Shown here: one piece after another, positions 24,080 through 37,200 of the stretch | How the letters are laid out: every line of letters begins with the position of its first letter | Numbering within the stretch: position 1 is the stretch's first letter | Source: Rhizophagus irregularis | Lineage: Eukaryota | Assembly: GCF_026210795.1 (NCBI RefSeq) | Contig: NC_089435.1 | Span: forward strand, 2,232,001-2,296,000 | DNA: 64,000 nucleotides | Direction of reading: 5' to 3' | Notes under the pieces: generated by a model | Databases searched by the model: none | The model's input: the letters and a program-made list of their open reading frames with translations, nothing else | Told to the model about the DNA's origin: nothing | Program-made: the position numbers and the translations under genes

Positions 24080-24890
24080 AACACCTTTTAATTTAATCAG
24101 ATATAAATTATTTCCGTAAATTCTCATACAATAATGCAATAACGCGCGAAGCACTCATTCTTACTTATTATATTAAAAAAAAATTATATATCTTCCGTTC
24201 AGATTAAAGCGTAAAAAAAAAATAATTCTTAAATTTTTTTTAAAAAATTCATAAACAAGCAATACATAAAGGTGACCAAAATAACGTGTAGATTTTTCCT
24301 TTTGTTCTTTTGGATAATGCCAAGCGGTATTATGTAATTCTGGCCCTGAAGAGAAGCGCGGAGCTAATCGTAAAATTAGTGGTTACCTATTCGGAGAGTA
24401 ATAAGATTATTCTTAATTAAACTGGAAATAACTTCACATCACATCAAATTAGTACATATTAATCACGGCACATCAAGAGCATAAATATTAGTTACCGGAT
24501 TCATGTTCTTCCATTGATTTTAATATTATAATAGGACTTTTTTATTATAATTAGATAATCTTGTACCCATTAAAATTTCAAATTTTACGTAATTACGTAA
24601 TTTCAATTTTTATAACTTGACGATAAAATCCTTTTAAGAATTCCTTTAAAAAATTTCATCATCTTATTATTCTTATTATTATCATTAAGAGATGTTAGTA
24701 TATCACCGAACTGCAAAATGTTTTAAAAAAAACTAGGAGGAACAAGGAAGAAATACTTTTTTCTAAATACTAAAAACCCTAACAATTAAAAATGATTTTT
24801 TTTCTACAAAGAAAAATGTTCTTTATATATATTATATATAATACATAATATAGATAAGTTTATAAATTAACCCAAAAATTTTTTTTCGTA
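24080..24890. repeat. Dispersed copy of the Gln-rich gene upstream region (7700-8270)
   Basis: Collinear blocks: ATATAAATTAT.TCCGTAAATTCTCATACA, CTTCCGTTCAGATTAAA, GAGCTAATCGTAAA, GATGTTAG.ATATCACCGAACTGC, ATACATAAT..AGATAAGTTTATAAA. Confidence 0.75.
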
Positions 24891-25097
24891 ACTTTTATAG
24901 TTTTATTCATATGAGTGATATGACCGATATGAGTTAATATTAGTTTCATAAGGTAAGATCTTTTTTAACCAATAATATTCAATGATACATATAATACTAA
25001 TTTTAACCAATAAAAATGTTTAATTTGTGTCACGTAAGATTTTGCTTAACCCCACCCACTGATGATAATATTGATTGACTGTATTTTTAGGTTAAAC

Positions 25098-25291
25098 GAT
25101 ATTGAGTATCATCCTCCGATGTTGTATAGTATAGTTGTCAAAAATCTATACAGTATAGTTTTTATCTATACAGTATAATTTTTATCTATACAGTATAATT
25201 TTTTATTTATACAGTATAGATTTTATCTATACAGTATAGTTTTTTTATACTATACTATACAACATCGGAGGTATATATCATACTCAATATC
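25098..25291. mobile_element. Palindromic MITE with nested inverted repeats and a central 5x~20-bp array
   Basis: GATATTGAGTAT...ATACTCAATATC outer IR; CCTCCGATGTTGTATAGTATAG...CTATACTATACAACATCGGAGG inner IR (25113-25271); core (ATCTATACAGTATA(G/A)TTTT)x5. Confidence 0.75.
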
Positions 25292-25574
25292 TATATTATC
25301 GTATTTTTCAACGTTAAATGATCGACACAGATTTTTTTTCTGTATTTATTTTGTTCGGGAGTTTATGAAAAAGGAAATTTCTTACTTTAATAATCTGTGA
25401 TTTCTGTGATCATCAGCTGACTTCTTGAATGATTTCATTGTATTGCCCTAAATTTTGTCAATCGCTGCTGTGCAACTGTAATACGTTTTAAAAGGTCCTT
25501 TTTTTAATTTTTTTTAAAAATTTTTTTTTTACTCCGTTTAGATATAAAATTGAAGTCACATTTATTAATCCAAT

Positions 25575-27272
25575 ATGGAAGAATTTATACTCAATGATGA
25601 TGTATTTGAGCAAATAAAAGATTTTGACCGATGGAACCTAACTGAAGAACAAAGTTTGTTAATTGGTAAGTTAATATTAAATGAAGAATTAAAAAATCGT
25701 TATAAAGAAAATGGTTTATGCAAAGAATGTAAGCAGCCTAGAGCTTCTGATAGTTGGTGTCAATGTAAATTTCAACAAAATTTTAAAAATTGGACTAGTG
25801 GAAATCATGAAGTTGACAAGTTTATTCAAAAAACACAACTTAAAGCTAAACGTTATCGTGACGTTTTAGAATGGATTGAATATGATAGATTTGAAAATGT
25901 TGAATACTTGGCAAAAGGAGGATTTGGAACTATTTATAAAGCAATTTGGAAAGATGGATTTATAAAAAGTTGGGATTCTGAGAATAATAAATGGATAAGA
26001 AGTAAAGCTTGGTTTAGGTATTATGAGAAATTCCCAGTTGTTTTAAAATGTTTACATAATTCACAAGATATTACGTCCGATTTTTTAAGAGAAGTAAGTT
26101 ACTTATTTGTATATAGTAATTTCAAGATATTGTCCTATTATAAATATTAAACTGTCTATTAATTATTATTAATATGGATTCTTTTTTAGATTGGAGCTCA
26201 TAATATGATTCCAGATACAGGTAAAACAGCACACTGTTTTGGCATTACTAAAGATCCAGAATCTAGAAATTTTATGATAGTAATGGGATATGTAATAAAT
26301 GGTAGTTTAAGACAACATTTAAATAATAGTTTTAATTCAACAAAATGGTATGAGAAGTTGAAAATTTTACAAAATATTGCAGATGGCCTCAATTATATTC
26401 ATCAAAATGGGTTAATTCATCGTGATTTTCATTGTGGTAATATATTAAAAGAAGATAGTTGTGCTTTAATTACTGATTTAGGATTATGTCGACCAGCGAA
26501 TGTAAAACCATCCCAAAATGAATGTAAAGAACTATATGGGGTATTACCCTATGTAGCACCAGAAGTTTTAAGAGGAAAAGAATATACTCAAGAAAGTGAT
26601 ATATATGGATTTGGAATTATTGCATATGAAGTCTATACAGGGCTTCCTCCTTATCATGATATTGTTCATGATAATTTCTTAGCTATTAACATTTGTCAAG
26701 GACTTAGGCCAAAATCAAATTATGAAATTCCTCAATTAATTCTAAACATAATTAAACAATGTTGGGATGCTGATCCTTTAAAACGACCTAAAGCAAATGA
26801 ATTATATGAGTTATTATACAAGTTATATGACGAATCATATTATGATGAAAATGAAATCTATAAGCAAATTGAAGAAGCAGATAAAATTAATGAAAAGTTA
26901 ACATCATCATCATCATTATATACTGGTCCTACACTTTCATATACTACAAATCCTCAAGCAGTTTACACGAGTAGACTTTTAGATTTTAAAAATCTTCCAG
27001 AACCAAAAAATGCTATTGATAACAAGGATGATGATAATTCATTTGGAGAATATTCAGGTAATTAATTTCTTAATTTACTTTACGAAAGCATTCTTTTAAT
27101 ATTTTATTTGATGTATATAATTATTTTTTTTTTATATTATAGAATTAATAGAAGCAATAGATTTTACTAAACTAGACCTAGGTACTTATTTAACATTAAC
27201 TTTTTTACATGATTTATTTTATTAATAATACTATTTAATAATTTATTTTCACTTATAGATAAAAGTAACTGA
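25575..27272 (+). CDS. Tyrosine kinase-like (TKL) protein kinase, 4 exons: 25575-26093, 26190-27057, 27143-27181, 27259-27272
   Basis: LAKGGFGTIYKA, VVLK, HRDFHCGNIL, ITDLGL, GVLPYVAPE, SDIYGFG, CWDADPLKRP; N-terminal CKEC...WCQC and WTSGN..VDKFIQ typical of the expanded Glomeromycotina kinases; GT-AG introns in frame. Confidence 0.9.
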
Positions 27273-28533
27273 ATTAAAGAAAGGAAAGGAATCTTGGGTA
27301 TAAATTTCTTTATTATTTACTATTTATTTTCTTTAACATTATTACAATATGATATTTCGTTGGAATATATTTTTTATGATTAAATAAAGTATTTATAAAA
27401 TTATATGAAAATAAAGAATTGTTACAAAAATGTAATAAAGTAAAAATTACATTGTATTTTATGTTATGTTAATCTTATTATAAAGTTACCCAACCCAAAG
27501 GTAGGTTAAAAACCTGGCCCAGATTTATAGTTCGGTTACCTGATCTGAGCTGATCTAATTTGGAGCTCTAATTAGATATTTGACGGTTGAGACATGGTGA
27601 TTAGTAAATTAACTAGGTAAAAAAACTAAAAACACTAGGGGAACGGTAAACAATTGTAAAGAACAAATATGTAAAATAAATTTGAAGCAAATATAGAAAA
27701 TTCGTTTAACGTGTACTAGTAGCAATGGTAATTATATTTCCTGCTGATGATAGTAAAGTTGATTTATATACGGTATGAGTTGTTTTGCAATATTGAAAAA
27801 ACTTTGATAGGTAGGTAACTAGAAATTTGCTGGCATATGCAGTAGGACTTCGTCCCTATAGTTAATTTTATTTGTATTGTTTAAACAAATAAACTAAATA
27901 AATATGTAAGTTGCAGTAATAAATTTTCAGGTCTATAATAGTTTCCATTAACAATTAATAATAAAATAAATTTTAAATTTTTAATATGATTTAATTTTAA
28001 AATAATAGGTTTTTCTTTAACAATAAAATAAAATTTACGTTTTTGTTTATTAGATCATCGAATAATTTTATAGGTAATTCGTATTATTGCATAGCTATTA
28101 AATTATCCAGCCAATTTAACACATCACAATAAATTTACTGTTTGTAGATTATGCTGATTAGAATCTTCTTTTATATTGTTCGATAGCATGTCGTACGCCA
28201 GTCTTTATTTAAGATTATTAGTAGGTCTTACTAATATACAGGTTAGAATTTATTGTAATCGCCTAAGGTAGGTTATTTGCACTCTTGTTTTTGCAAATAT
28301 AAAATACGAAACAAGATTAGTCCCACTCACATATTGTGCGTCAGAAAGATAATCACAAGTATAGAATCGCCCAGAAATGAACAATCATTTGTACCATTAT
28401 TTTTGGATAAATAAAATACAAAAAGATTGGCCCCATTAACTGGCGTGTCAAAAAATTATTCTTAGTAAATATGATGCTCAACATATATATGTTCACCTTA
28501 AACTACTAATTATTACAACAATTATCCAACAAA

Positions 28534-29457
28534 ATGCGTCATTTAAAACGTCTTCTCTTTGGAATTATTCTCTTGTCATCCTTTGGGTTAGCTTTTGCTG
28601 ATGAATATGATCCTAGACAAGATGTATTTGATCAAGTAATCAATGCGCTTGTTCCTATATTAATAGTTTTTTATTTGGCACGAAAGAATCAGAAGATAAG
28701 AAAGAACCGGAACTAGATATCGAGGCAAATTCGATAAACTCAAAAGGTTCAGACGAAAAAAAGGCAGAAGAACTCAAGTTAATGGAAAAACAAACCTTTA
28801 AAAAAGTAATGTCCAAACTAACCTTTAAAGGAGTATTCGAAGACCTTCTTTATCTTTCATCATTATACACTAGTACTAAGTATAGTATTTTATAAAAACC
28901 ATGAAAGAATTCGCAATACCCCTCTGGATTCCAATCCTTTCTATAGTTACAACTGGCGTTGTTATCATTTTAGTTGTATTAACTCTTTATAATTATCTTG
29001 CAGTATCATCTTTCTTAAGTTTAAAAGAGTACATATTTGATTTCCTTGTTCATATATTTGCAATCATTAATGAAATTTGTTTCATATTTTACACCAAAAT
29101 ACCCCTGCGAATAATTTAAAATACGTTTTCATATCTTTACATATAATAAATGTAATCATAAATACGTTTTATGTGTTTATCCAGCCAATTAACTATAAAC
29201 TTACATTACCTAGAGATAGTTATGATTGGAAATTTGTTAGTTTAGTCTATAAAGTAAAAATCACAGAGGTTCCGATAGTCCAAATGTTAAACATTGCACT
29301 CCTTTCCGGCAATGACTATTATTGGACAAAATCAATATTAGCAATAAATATAATTTTCCTCTCAAGGGTTGCAGATCGTATTAGAGAACCAAGTATTGAT
29401 AAAAGAAATCCCAGCTATATAAATGTTTACATTTACGTAGCCTTTAAATACGTATAA
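28534..29457 (+). pseudogene. Frameshifted multi-pass membrane protein with signal peptide, family unknown
   Basis: Successive ORF pieces in different frames (28534-28716, charged linker ~28690-28894, 28901-29119, 29077-29457) with hydrophobic segments and no evident introns. Confidence 0.55.
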
Positions 29458-31349
29458 TAGTTTCTCTCTTTTCAATTTGTATATTATAATTATTGTTGAT
29501 ATTTATTATAGTTTTATGATAATACTAAATATGACAAACTTATTATTTTTTCTTTTTAAAGTTTTATGATATATTGATATTATCCTGGAAATTAAGAATT
29601 TTTTTGAAGTTTTGGGAGTTAAGTCAGTAGTTTCATATACAAATTGAATTTTAGAATTTTGTGGTGGAATAAGTTTTTTTAGATATTCCTCATTTGGTAT
29701 TAATTTGGTTAGATCGATCTTATTGGGCGAATATTACGGATATCGCGGATATTTATTTTTTAGCAACTTTCAATGGTTCTTATTGTTCTTTCAACAATAG
29801 TGTATTTTCTGATAGGATACGAATTTCCGTGAAACTGCGTTGCGAAGTAATGAAGTTTATACTCAAATTCTTTTAAATATTAGATATATTCTAGCAAATC
29901 TTGTGATACGACGAGAAAATATATGATACCCGGAAATACTGTACAAGTATGTATGATAGTATACGTACAAATAACACATAATTATCAACAGTTATACAGA
30001 CAATTACACAATATATTAAATACGAAAAATATAATTATGTAATTATTCTTTCCCTAATGTTTTTTATCAATTCAATATTCATTTTTTTTTTGTAAATATT
30101 TTATTACATAAATATAAATAAATTTAAAATAATTACATCAATTAAAATATTAAATAATTAATAAAATGGAAATTAGCTCTCTCAGATGTAAAAGAAATTA
30201 TCGAAGCTTTAGAATTGGCTAATTTAGTAAAGAAAAAGGAATTAGGATTATAATGTAGCAAGAAATCCTATGATTTTTTTTATAGGTAATTTAATATTTT
30301 GCAGCTTCAATTTTTTTTACTTAAGTTCTGCGAGAAATTAAAAAAATTTAAAAAATTTAAATTTAATAAAGTTAATAAAGAACATGAATACATTTTTGCA
30401 AAAAGCTTAAATATGATTATTATGTTTATAATTTATTTATTTAAAGATGATTTATATACATATGTATGATTTTTTTTCTATATTTAGAAATCAAAGTAGT
30501 ACGTACGATTTAAAATCATACGTACTAACAAAAAACGCAAATACTTTACTAAGATCAGATATACCGGAAATTTTGCAGTGAAAATTAATTATGGATAAAC
30601 CTGACTAATTGAAATGGTAGAACAATGATCGGCCTATATGATCGATCGATCAATCGGAACAGTGGTATTGGCTTATCTTATTTTCGCAGAAATCTGCATT
30701 ACTCAAATGACCAATTAATAATTACGTAAACTTTGATATCAAGACACAGCAAGAAGAGTGACGAATAAATTGCATATAATATTATTAAAAATAATCCGTG
30801 AATAATTATTTATTTTTGTTATCTAATTGACTAATTCAAAAGAAAGATAAAATAATTTAGTATAATCATTACTTTAATTGGATTTATTTGATTAATAATG
30901 ACTAATTGATGAGAATTTATCGACAATCAAATTATATTGATTATTAAGACTCAAAAATCATTCGATTAATCGATTACTAATTTTTCGATAGGTCAATTAA
31001 ATTCCCAAATTAAGAGTATATTTTTTAGTATATTTTAAAGAAATTTTTTTTCACGGATGTTAATATACCACGCATTATAGTCCGCAACACATATCGGGCT
31101 TTACAAAAGTATCACATCGCAATCAGTATAACCAATTTTTTTAAAAAAAAATAAATAAATAAATAATATATATTTAAATTGATTTTCCTTATTAAGCATC
31201 CATATTTGTGTAATAGGAAGCGATAATATTTTTGATCCTCATTAAGGATTTCTTTTAATTAATTAGTACAACATTTTCAAGGCTAAACTTTGTTTTTTTT
31301 CTATAAATATTCATACATTTTTTTTTTTACTTAAACAAATAAGAAAAAA

Positions 31350-31890
31350 ATGGCTGTATCAAACAAAGGACTCATTCTCAAGGAATATCCTAAAGGATTA
31401 CCTAATGCCGATAAGCATTTTGAATTAGTTCCTCGTACTATTGACATTAAAAATTTGAACTTGGGAGAGAATGAAATTGTTGTAAGAAATATATATTTAT
31501 CTTTAGACCCTTATGTTCGTTTTACTTTAAGAGAACCAGAACCAGAATATGTATCAGTCGACACGCTACTTGAAAAGAGGGTATCAATTGGACAAGTCAT
31601 TATTGGCGTTGGAGTTTCTGAAGTTGTAAAAACAAATAATCCTAATTTCAAAGTTGGAGATCTCGTCTATGGACCTGTTGGTAAATAATATTTAAAACGT
31701 ACAAACAAGTTAAAAACCTTTTTATAACAAAAATCATTTTTAATTTAGGTTGGGAAGAATATTCTCATATTAAATCTGATTTTGCAGCAATTTTTTCACC
31801 CATAAATAAAGAATCATTAAAAGATATTCCGTTGAGTTATTACGCCAGTCTTCTTAGAATGGGTGGTTTAACTCCTTATGCATCCCTGGT
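31350..31890 (+). pseudogene. 3'-truncated NADP-dependent oxidoreductase (prostaglandin reductase/CurA-like MDR family); exons 31350-31680 and 31749-~31890
   Basis: VRNIYLSLDPYVR, GVGVSEVVKTNNPNFKVGDLVYG|GWEEYS, LSYYASLLRMGGLTPYASL; homology stops before the Rossmann domain and no continuation is visible downstream. Confidence 0.75.
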
Positions 31891-32116
31891 ACTGGGGATA
31901 AAGTACTGGCTAGTTAATCAAACAAATTTTAGATCGACTAGTTAACAATCTTTGGACCATGTTATTAATACATTTGCGAAAATTAAAAAAAAAATTATTT
32001 TTAATTCATAGTTATAAACATATTTAAAAATCGTTAGTACTTGTTGCTGACTTAGCCAAGTCTTTTAAAAACTTGTTGTCACTTGATCACCACGTTGAGG
32101 TGCAGAAACATTGATC

Positions 32117-32620
32117 AGGGGGGAAGAAGAGAAAGGAAACGAAAGGAAAGGAAAAGGGGAACGAAGGGGAAGGGAACGAAGGGAAGGGGGTAAGGAAAAC
32201 GAAGGGAAGGGGAAAACGAAGGGAAAGGAAAACGAATGAAAAGGGGAAAATGAAGGGGAAGGGAAAGGAAACACGAAGGGGAAATGGAAACCGAAAGGGA
32301 AGGGGAAAACGAAGGGAAAGGGGAAACGAAGGGAAAGGGGAAACGAAAAATGAAGGGAATAGGGAAAGAGACACAACCCACACTCCCACCTACATACCTA
32401 TAAAAAAGGAACCGAAGAGAAGACCTGACTTAAAGAAAAGAAGTCCTATCGGGGGAAGATACCATGTTCAAGATTATTTAATTGAAGACCTAAGAGAAGA
32501 GAAAGCAAACTCCAGAGAGACGCCTAAAAAAAAGAGTTCGTTAAAACTAAGGTATTGGGGACATATCTATATTATTTATATTATATATTCATGAATAATT
32601 ACTTACTTGCATGAGTAATT
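32117..32620 (+). repeat. Purine-rich (GAAACGAAGGGAAAGGG)n tract plus dispersed repeat body
   Basis: Low-complexity tract 32117-32370 followed by CACAACCCAC...CATACCTA...AAGAGAAGACCT, which recurs in reverse at ~63730-64000. Confidence 0.7.
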
Positions 32621-34204
32621 TTTAATTTCTGTATAAAAAAAAAATATAAAGAATTTGTAGTTAAATTAGATTTTAGTGCATTAGATTTTAATAGGTTTAT
32701 CAACTTTAACGTTCTCAAATGTCAGCGTCTTAATGACTGCTCAATTAAATAAAAATTAATAAAATATCCGATTTGTTATGTGATTTTTCGATAGAATGAC
32801 GATGCATTTTGTTTGGACAAAAAATTTTGGAAAGCATTTGAGAGTTAAATTTAAAGGCTTTAATATATTTACTATTATGAGTCTGCTATAATAAAATCTT
32901 TTGTATTTTATCATCTGAGGATGAAAATTCCCTTTATTGTATAATCAGTTGAAATTTATCAGTAAAACAATATAATATTACAATTAATAGCGGCTATAAT
33001 ACTGTATGTTACGTCACACGATACAAGCCGTCAAATCATGTGCAACGTAAAGTAAAATGAGCTGGAAATTTTTTAACTCAATTAGTAATAATCATATTTG
33101 ATTATGTCACGATTTTTTATACTTTGGCTATAACCTACCACTAACTTACGTAACTTCAAAATTCATTATTGTCGCATACTTTTTTTTCTAATCAATATTA
33201 GACCTGAATTTTACTAATAATACACCTCTTCAAGAACTAAATATAAATGAATAAACCTTAAAAAAAATATTTTGAAACTTTATGATATTAAGATAATATG
33301 ATTTTGATATTATGGAAAGGTAAAATTATATTACACGAGACACTATGGGAAATATTTAGTTATAATATTAGTTATGACTCATAAGTTAATGAGTCATAAC
33401 TAATTAATTTCACTACTCATACCTCAAAAAAAAAGTATAAATACTTTGCCTTTCCTTTATCCTGTAAGATTTTTTTTTCTTACAATACATTTTACTCTTT
33501 TCTACACTTTATAACAAAATATTTTTTTTTTTTACAATATGATAAATTTTCTAAACTTTATAACAAATTTTCTACACGGTACAACAATATTTCACTCTTT
33601 TTCTACGAAAAATGATTCGTTTTTTTTTACATTTTTCACATTTTCTAAACTTTTATAACAAATTCTCTACACGTTTCATTTTTTTTTGGAACTCTCAAAA
33701 CTCTCACCAATAAGTCTTTCAGGGCAGCATGACGTTCCTTTCTCACGCTAATGTCCAGTATTATCCCTCATATTAATCCTTCTAATAACTATACAACTAA
33801 GCATCACTCTCAATATACATTTGTGGTAAGGTGACAAAGGAAAAAATATTCTGCTGATGATAGTTTTAACATTTTTCGTATTAGATATCTAATAATATTT
33901 ATATTATTTACTTTACAACAGAGAGACTTCAAGCTATTAGCAGATGCTATCTGAAGAAGCCTAATAAACAAAGACGTCGCGTACTCCTAAGAAAGGGATG
34001 AAGTGACGTCCGTGGCCAAAATTTCTGCTGATATTTTCAGCAAAGCTAATAGTAAATATTTATTACTTTATTATTTTTATACTTGAATCAATATTAAAAA
34101 AATCATTTTTTTATTTCAGAGTGATAGGATAAAATGAAGATGAAGGTGCACATAAAACACTCCACATATTATTTGTGCAGTTTTCAGTTGTTTTATAAAC
34201 TTAT

Positions 34205-37200
34205 TTTTTAGAGAAGTTCTTGAAAAAGGGTGCGTGTCAAATATTAAAAATGCAAAATTTTTTTTTTTTTGATGTTTATACTTATACTTTATATTTGTTA
34301 TCTGACTTTTTATCATTGGATCATATTTATTCCTTTTTTTATTTATCAGTTATAGCACTATTTTGTATTGAAACATTAGACAACAGATGAAAGCTCTCTG
34401 AATGGTGCATTACCAGTTTTCTAGATGGTAAAATGGCTCAAGAGACTTTAAAAGAGGTGTGTATTTTTTTATTTGCAAAGTGGGTAACTTCTTAAGCTAA
34501 AATTAGAACGGATAACTCATTGAGTCGGGGAGTTCACAAATTTTACTTAGGAGGGTACTGGATTTATTTGTTTGGGTTGGGTAAGGGTGAGCAAAGTGGG
34601 TAATTCCTATGAAATTACCTGCTTTTTCTTTTTTATTTTATTTTTATTTTTATTTTTTTATTCCCTTTTTTTCTTTTTTTTTTCTTTTTTTTTTATTTCT
34701 CTTGTTCACTTGATAACCAACTCAAGCAAATAACATCCTACTTTGTTATTGATAAAGTCTGCTAATTCTAAAGGAGGAATTGGCTATGTCTTCTTTACCA
34801 TTAAATAAAAATTTAGCACACTATCAATAATTTTTTCTTTCTCATAATAGGTAAATGCAGAGATTTACTATCACTGGTAAAATGAAGAAATTTTCTAGAG
34901 GAGTTCTTGAAAAAGAGTGTGTATCAAGTATTAAAAATGTGAAAAATTTTTTTTATGTTTATACTTTATATTTGTTATCTGATTTCTTATTATTGAATTG
35001 TATTCAATTATTTATCAATTACAGCATTATTTTGTATTGAAATACTGGACAACAGATGAAAATTCTCTGAATGGAGCATTACTGATTTTTAGATAAGTGT
35101 AAATGGCTTATTAAGAGACTTTAAAAGAGGTGTGTATTTTTTTATTTGCAAAGTGGGTAACTTCCTAAGCTAAAATTAGAACGGATAACTCATTGAGTCG
35201 GGGAGTTCACAAATTTTACTTAGGAGGGTACTGGATTTATTTGTTTGGGTTGTGTAAGGGTGAGCAAAGTGGGTAATTCCTATGAAATTACCTGCTTTTT
35301 CTTTTTTATTTTTATTTTTATTTTTATTTTTTTATTCCCTTTTTTTCTTTTTTTTTATTTTTTTTTATTTCTCTTGTTCACTTGATAACCAACTCAAGCA
35401 AATAACATCCTACTTTGTTATTGATAAAGTCTGCTAATTCTAAAGGAGGAATTGGCTATGTCTTCTTTACCATTAAATAAAAATTTAGCACACTATTAAT
35501 AATTTTTTCTTTCTTATAATAGGTAAATGCAGAGATTTACAATCACTGGTAAAATGAATAAATTTCCTAGAGGGATTCTTGAAAAAGAGTACATATCAAG
35601 TATTAAAAATGTGAAAAATTTTTACTTTATATTTGTTATCTGATTTCTTATTATTGAATTGTATTCAATTATTTATCAATTACAGCAATTTTGTATTGAA
35701 ATACTGGACAACAGATGAAAATTCTTTGAATGGAGCATTACTGATTTTCTAGATGAGTGTAAATGGCTTATTAAGAGACTTTAAAAGAGGTGTGTATTTT
35801 TTTATTTGCAAAGTGGGTAACTTCCTAAGCTAAAATTAGAACGGATAACTCATTGAGTCGGGGAGTTCACAAATTTTACTTAGGAGGGTACTGGATTTAT
35901 TTGTTTGGGTTGGGTAAGGGTGAGCAAAGTAGGTAATTCCTATGAAATTACCTGCTTTTTTATTTTATTTTATTTTATTTTTATTTTTATTTTTTTATTC
36001 CCTTTTTTTTCTTTTTTTTTATTTTTTTTATTTCTCTTGTTTACTTGATAACCAACTCAAGCAAATAACATCCTACTTTGTTATTGATAAAGTCTGCTAA
36101 TTCTAAAGGAGGAATTGGCTATGTCTTCTTTACCATTAAATAAAAATTTAGCACACTATTAATAATTTTTTCTTTCTTATAATAGGTAAATGCAGAGATT
36201 TACAATCACTGGTAAAATGAATAAATTTCCTAGAGGAATTCTTGAAAAAGAGTACATATCAAGTATTAAAAATGTGAAAAATTTTTACTTTATATTTGTT
36301 ATCTGATTTCTTATTATTGAATTGTATTCAATTATTTATCAATTACAGCAATTTTGTATTGAAATACTGGACAACAGATGAAAATTCTTTGAATGGAGCA
36401 TTACTGATTTTCTAGATGAGTGTAAATGGCTTATTAAGAGACTTTAAAAGAGGTGTGTATTTTTTTATTTGCAAAGTGGGTAACTTCCTAAGCTAAAATT
36501 AGAACGGATAACTCATTGAGTCGGGGAGTTCACAAATTTTACTTAGGAGGGTACTGGATTTATTTGTTTGGGTTGGGTAAGGGTGAGCAAAGTAGGTAAT
36601 TCCTATGAAATTACCTGCTTTTTTATTTTATTTTATTTTATTTTTATTTTTATTTTTTTATTCCCTTTTTTTTATTTTTTTTTATTTTTTTTATTTCTCT
36701 TGTTTACTTGATAACCAACTCAAGCAAATAACATCCTACTTTGTTATTGATAAAGTCTGCTAATTCTAAAGGAGGAATTGGCTATGTCTTCTTTACCATT
36801 AAATAAAAATTTAGCACACTATTAATAATTTTTTCATTCTTATAATAGGTAAATGCAGAGTTTTACAATCACTGGTAAAATGAATAAATTTCCTAGAGGA
36901 ATTCTTGAAAAAGAGTACATATCAAGTATTAAAAATGTGAAAAATTTTTACTTTATATTTGTTATCTGATTTCTTATTATTGAATTGTATTCAATTATTT
37001 ATCAATTACAGCAATTTTGTATTGAAATACTGGACAACAGATGAAAATTCTTTGAATGGAGCATTACTGAATTTCTAGATGAGTGTAAATGGCTTATTAA
37101 GAGACTTTAAAAGAGGTGTGTATTTTTTTATTTGCAAAGTGGGTAACTTCCTAAGCTAAAATTAGAACGGATAACTCATTGAGTCGGGGAGTTCACAAAT

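Noticed and set aside
25140..25250. Regularly spaced palindromic 20-mers resembling a CRISPR array
   Set aside because: No unique spacers, enclosed by TIRs, eukaryotic context, no cas genes
32065..32594. Four overlapping ORFs rich in F/P/S or G/K/R
   Set aside because: Artefacts of the purine-rich low-complexity tract
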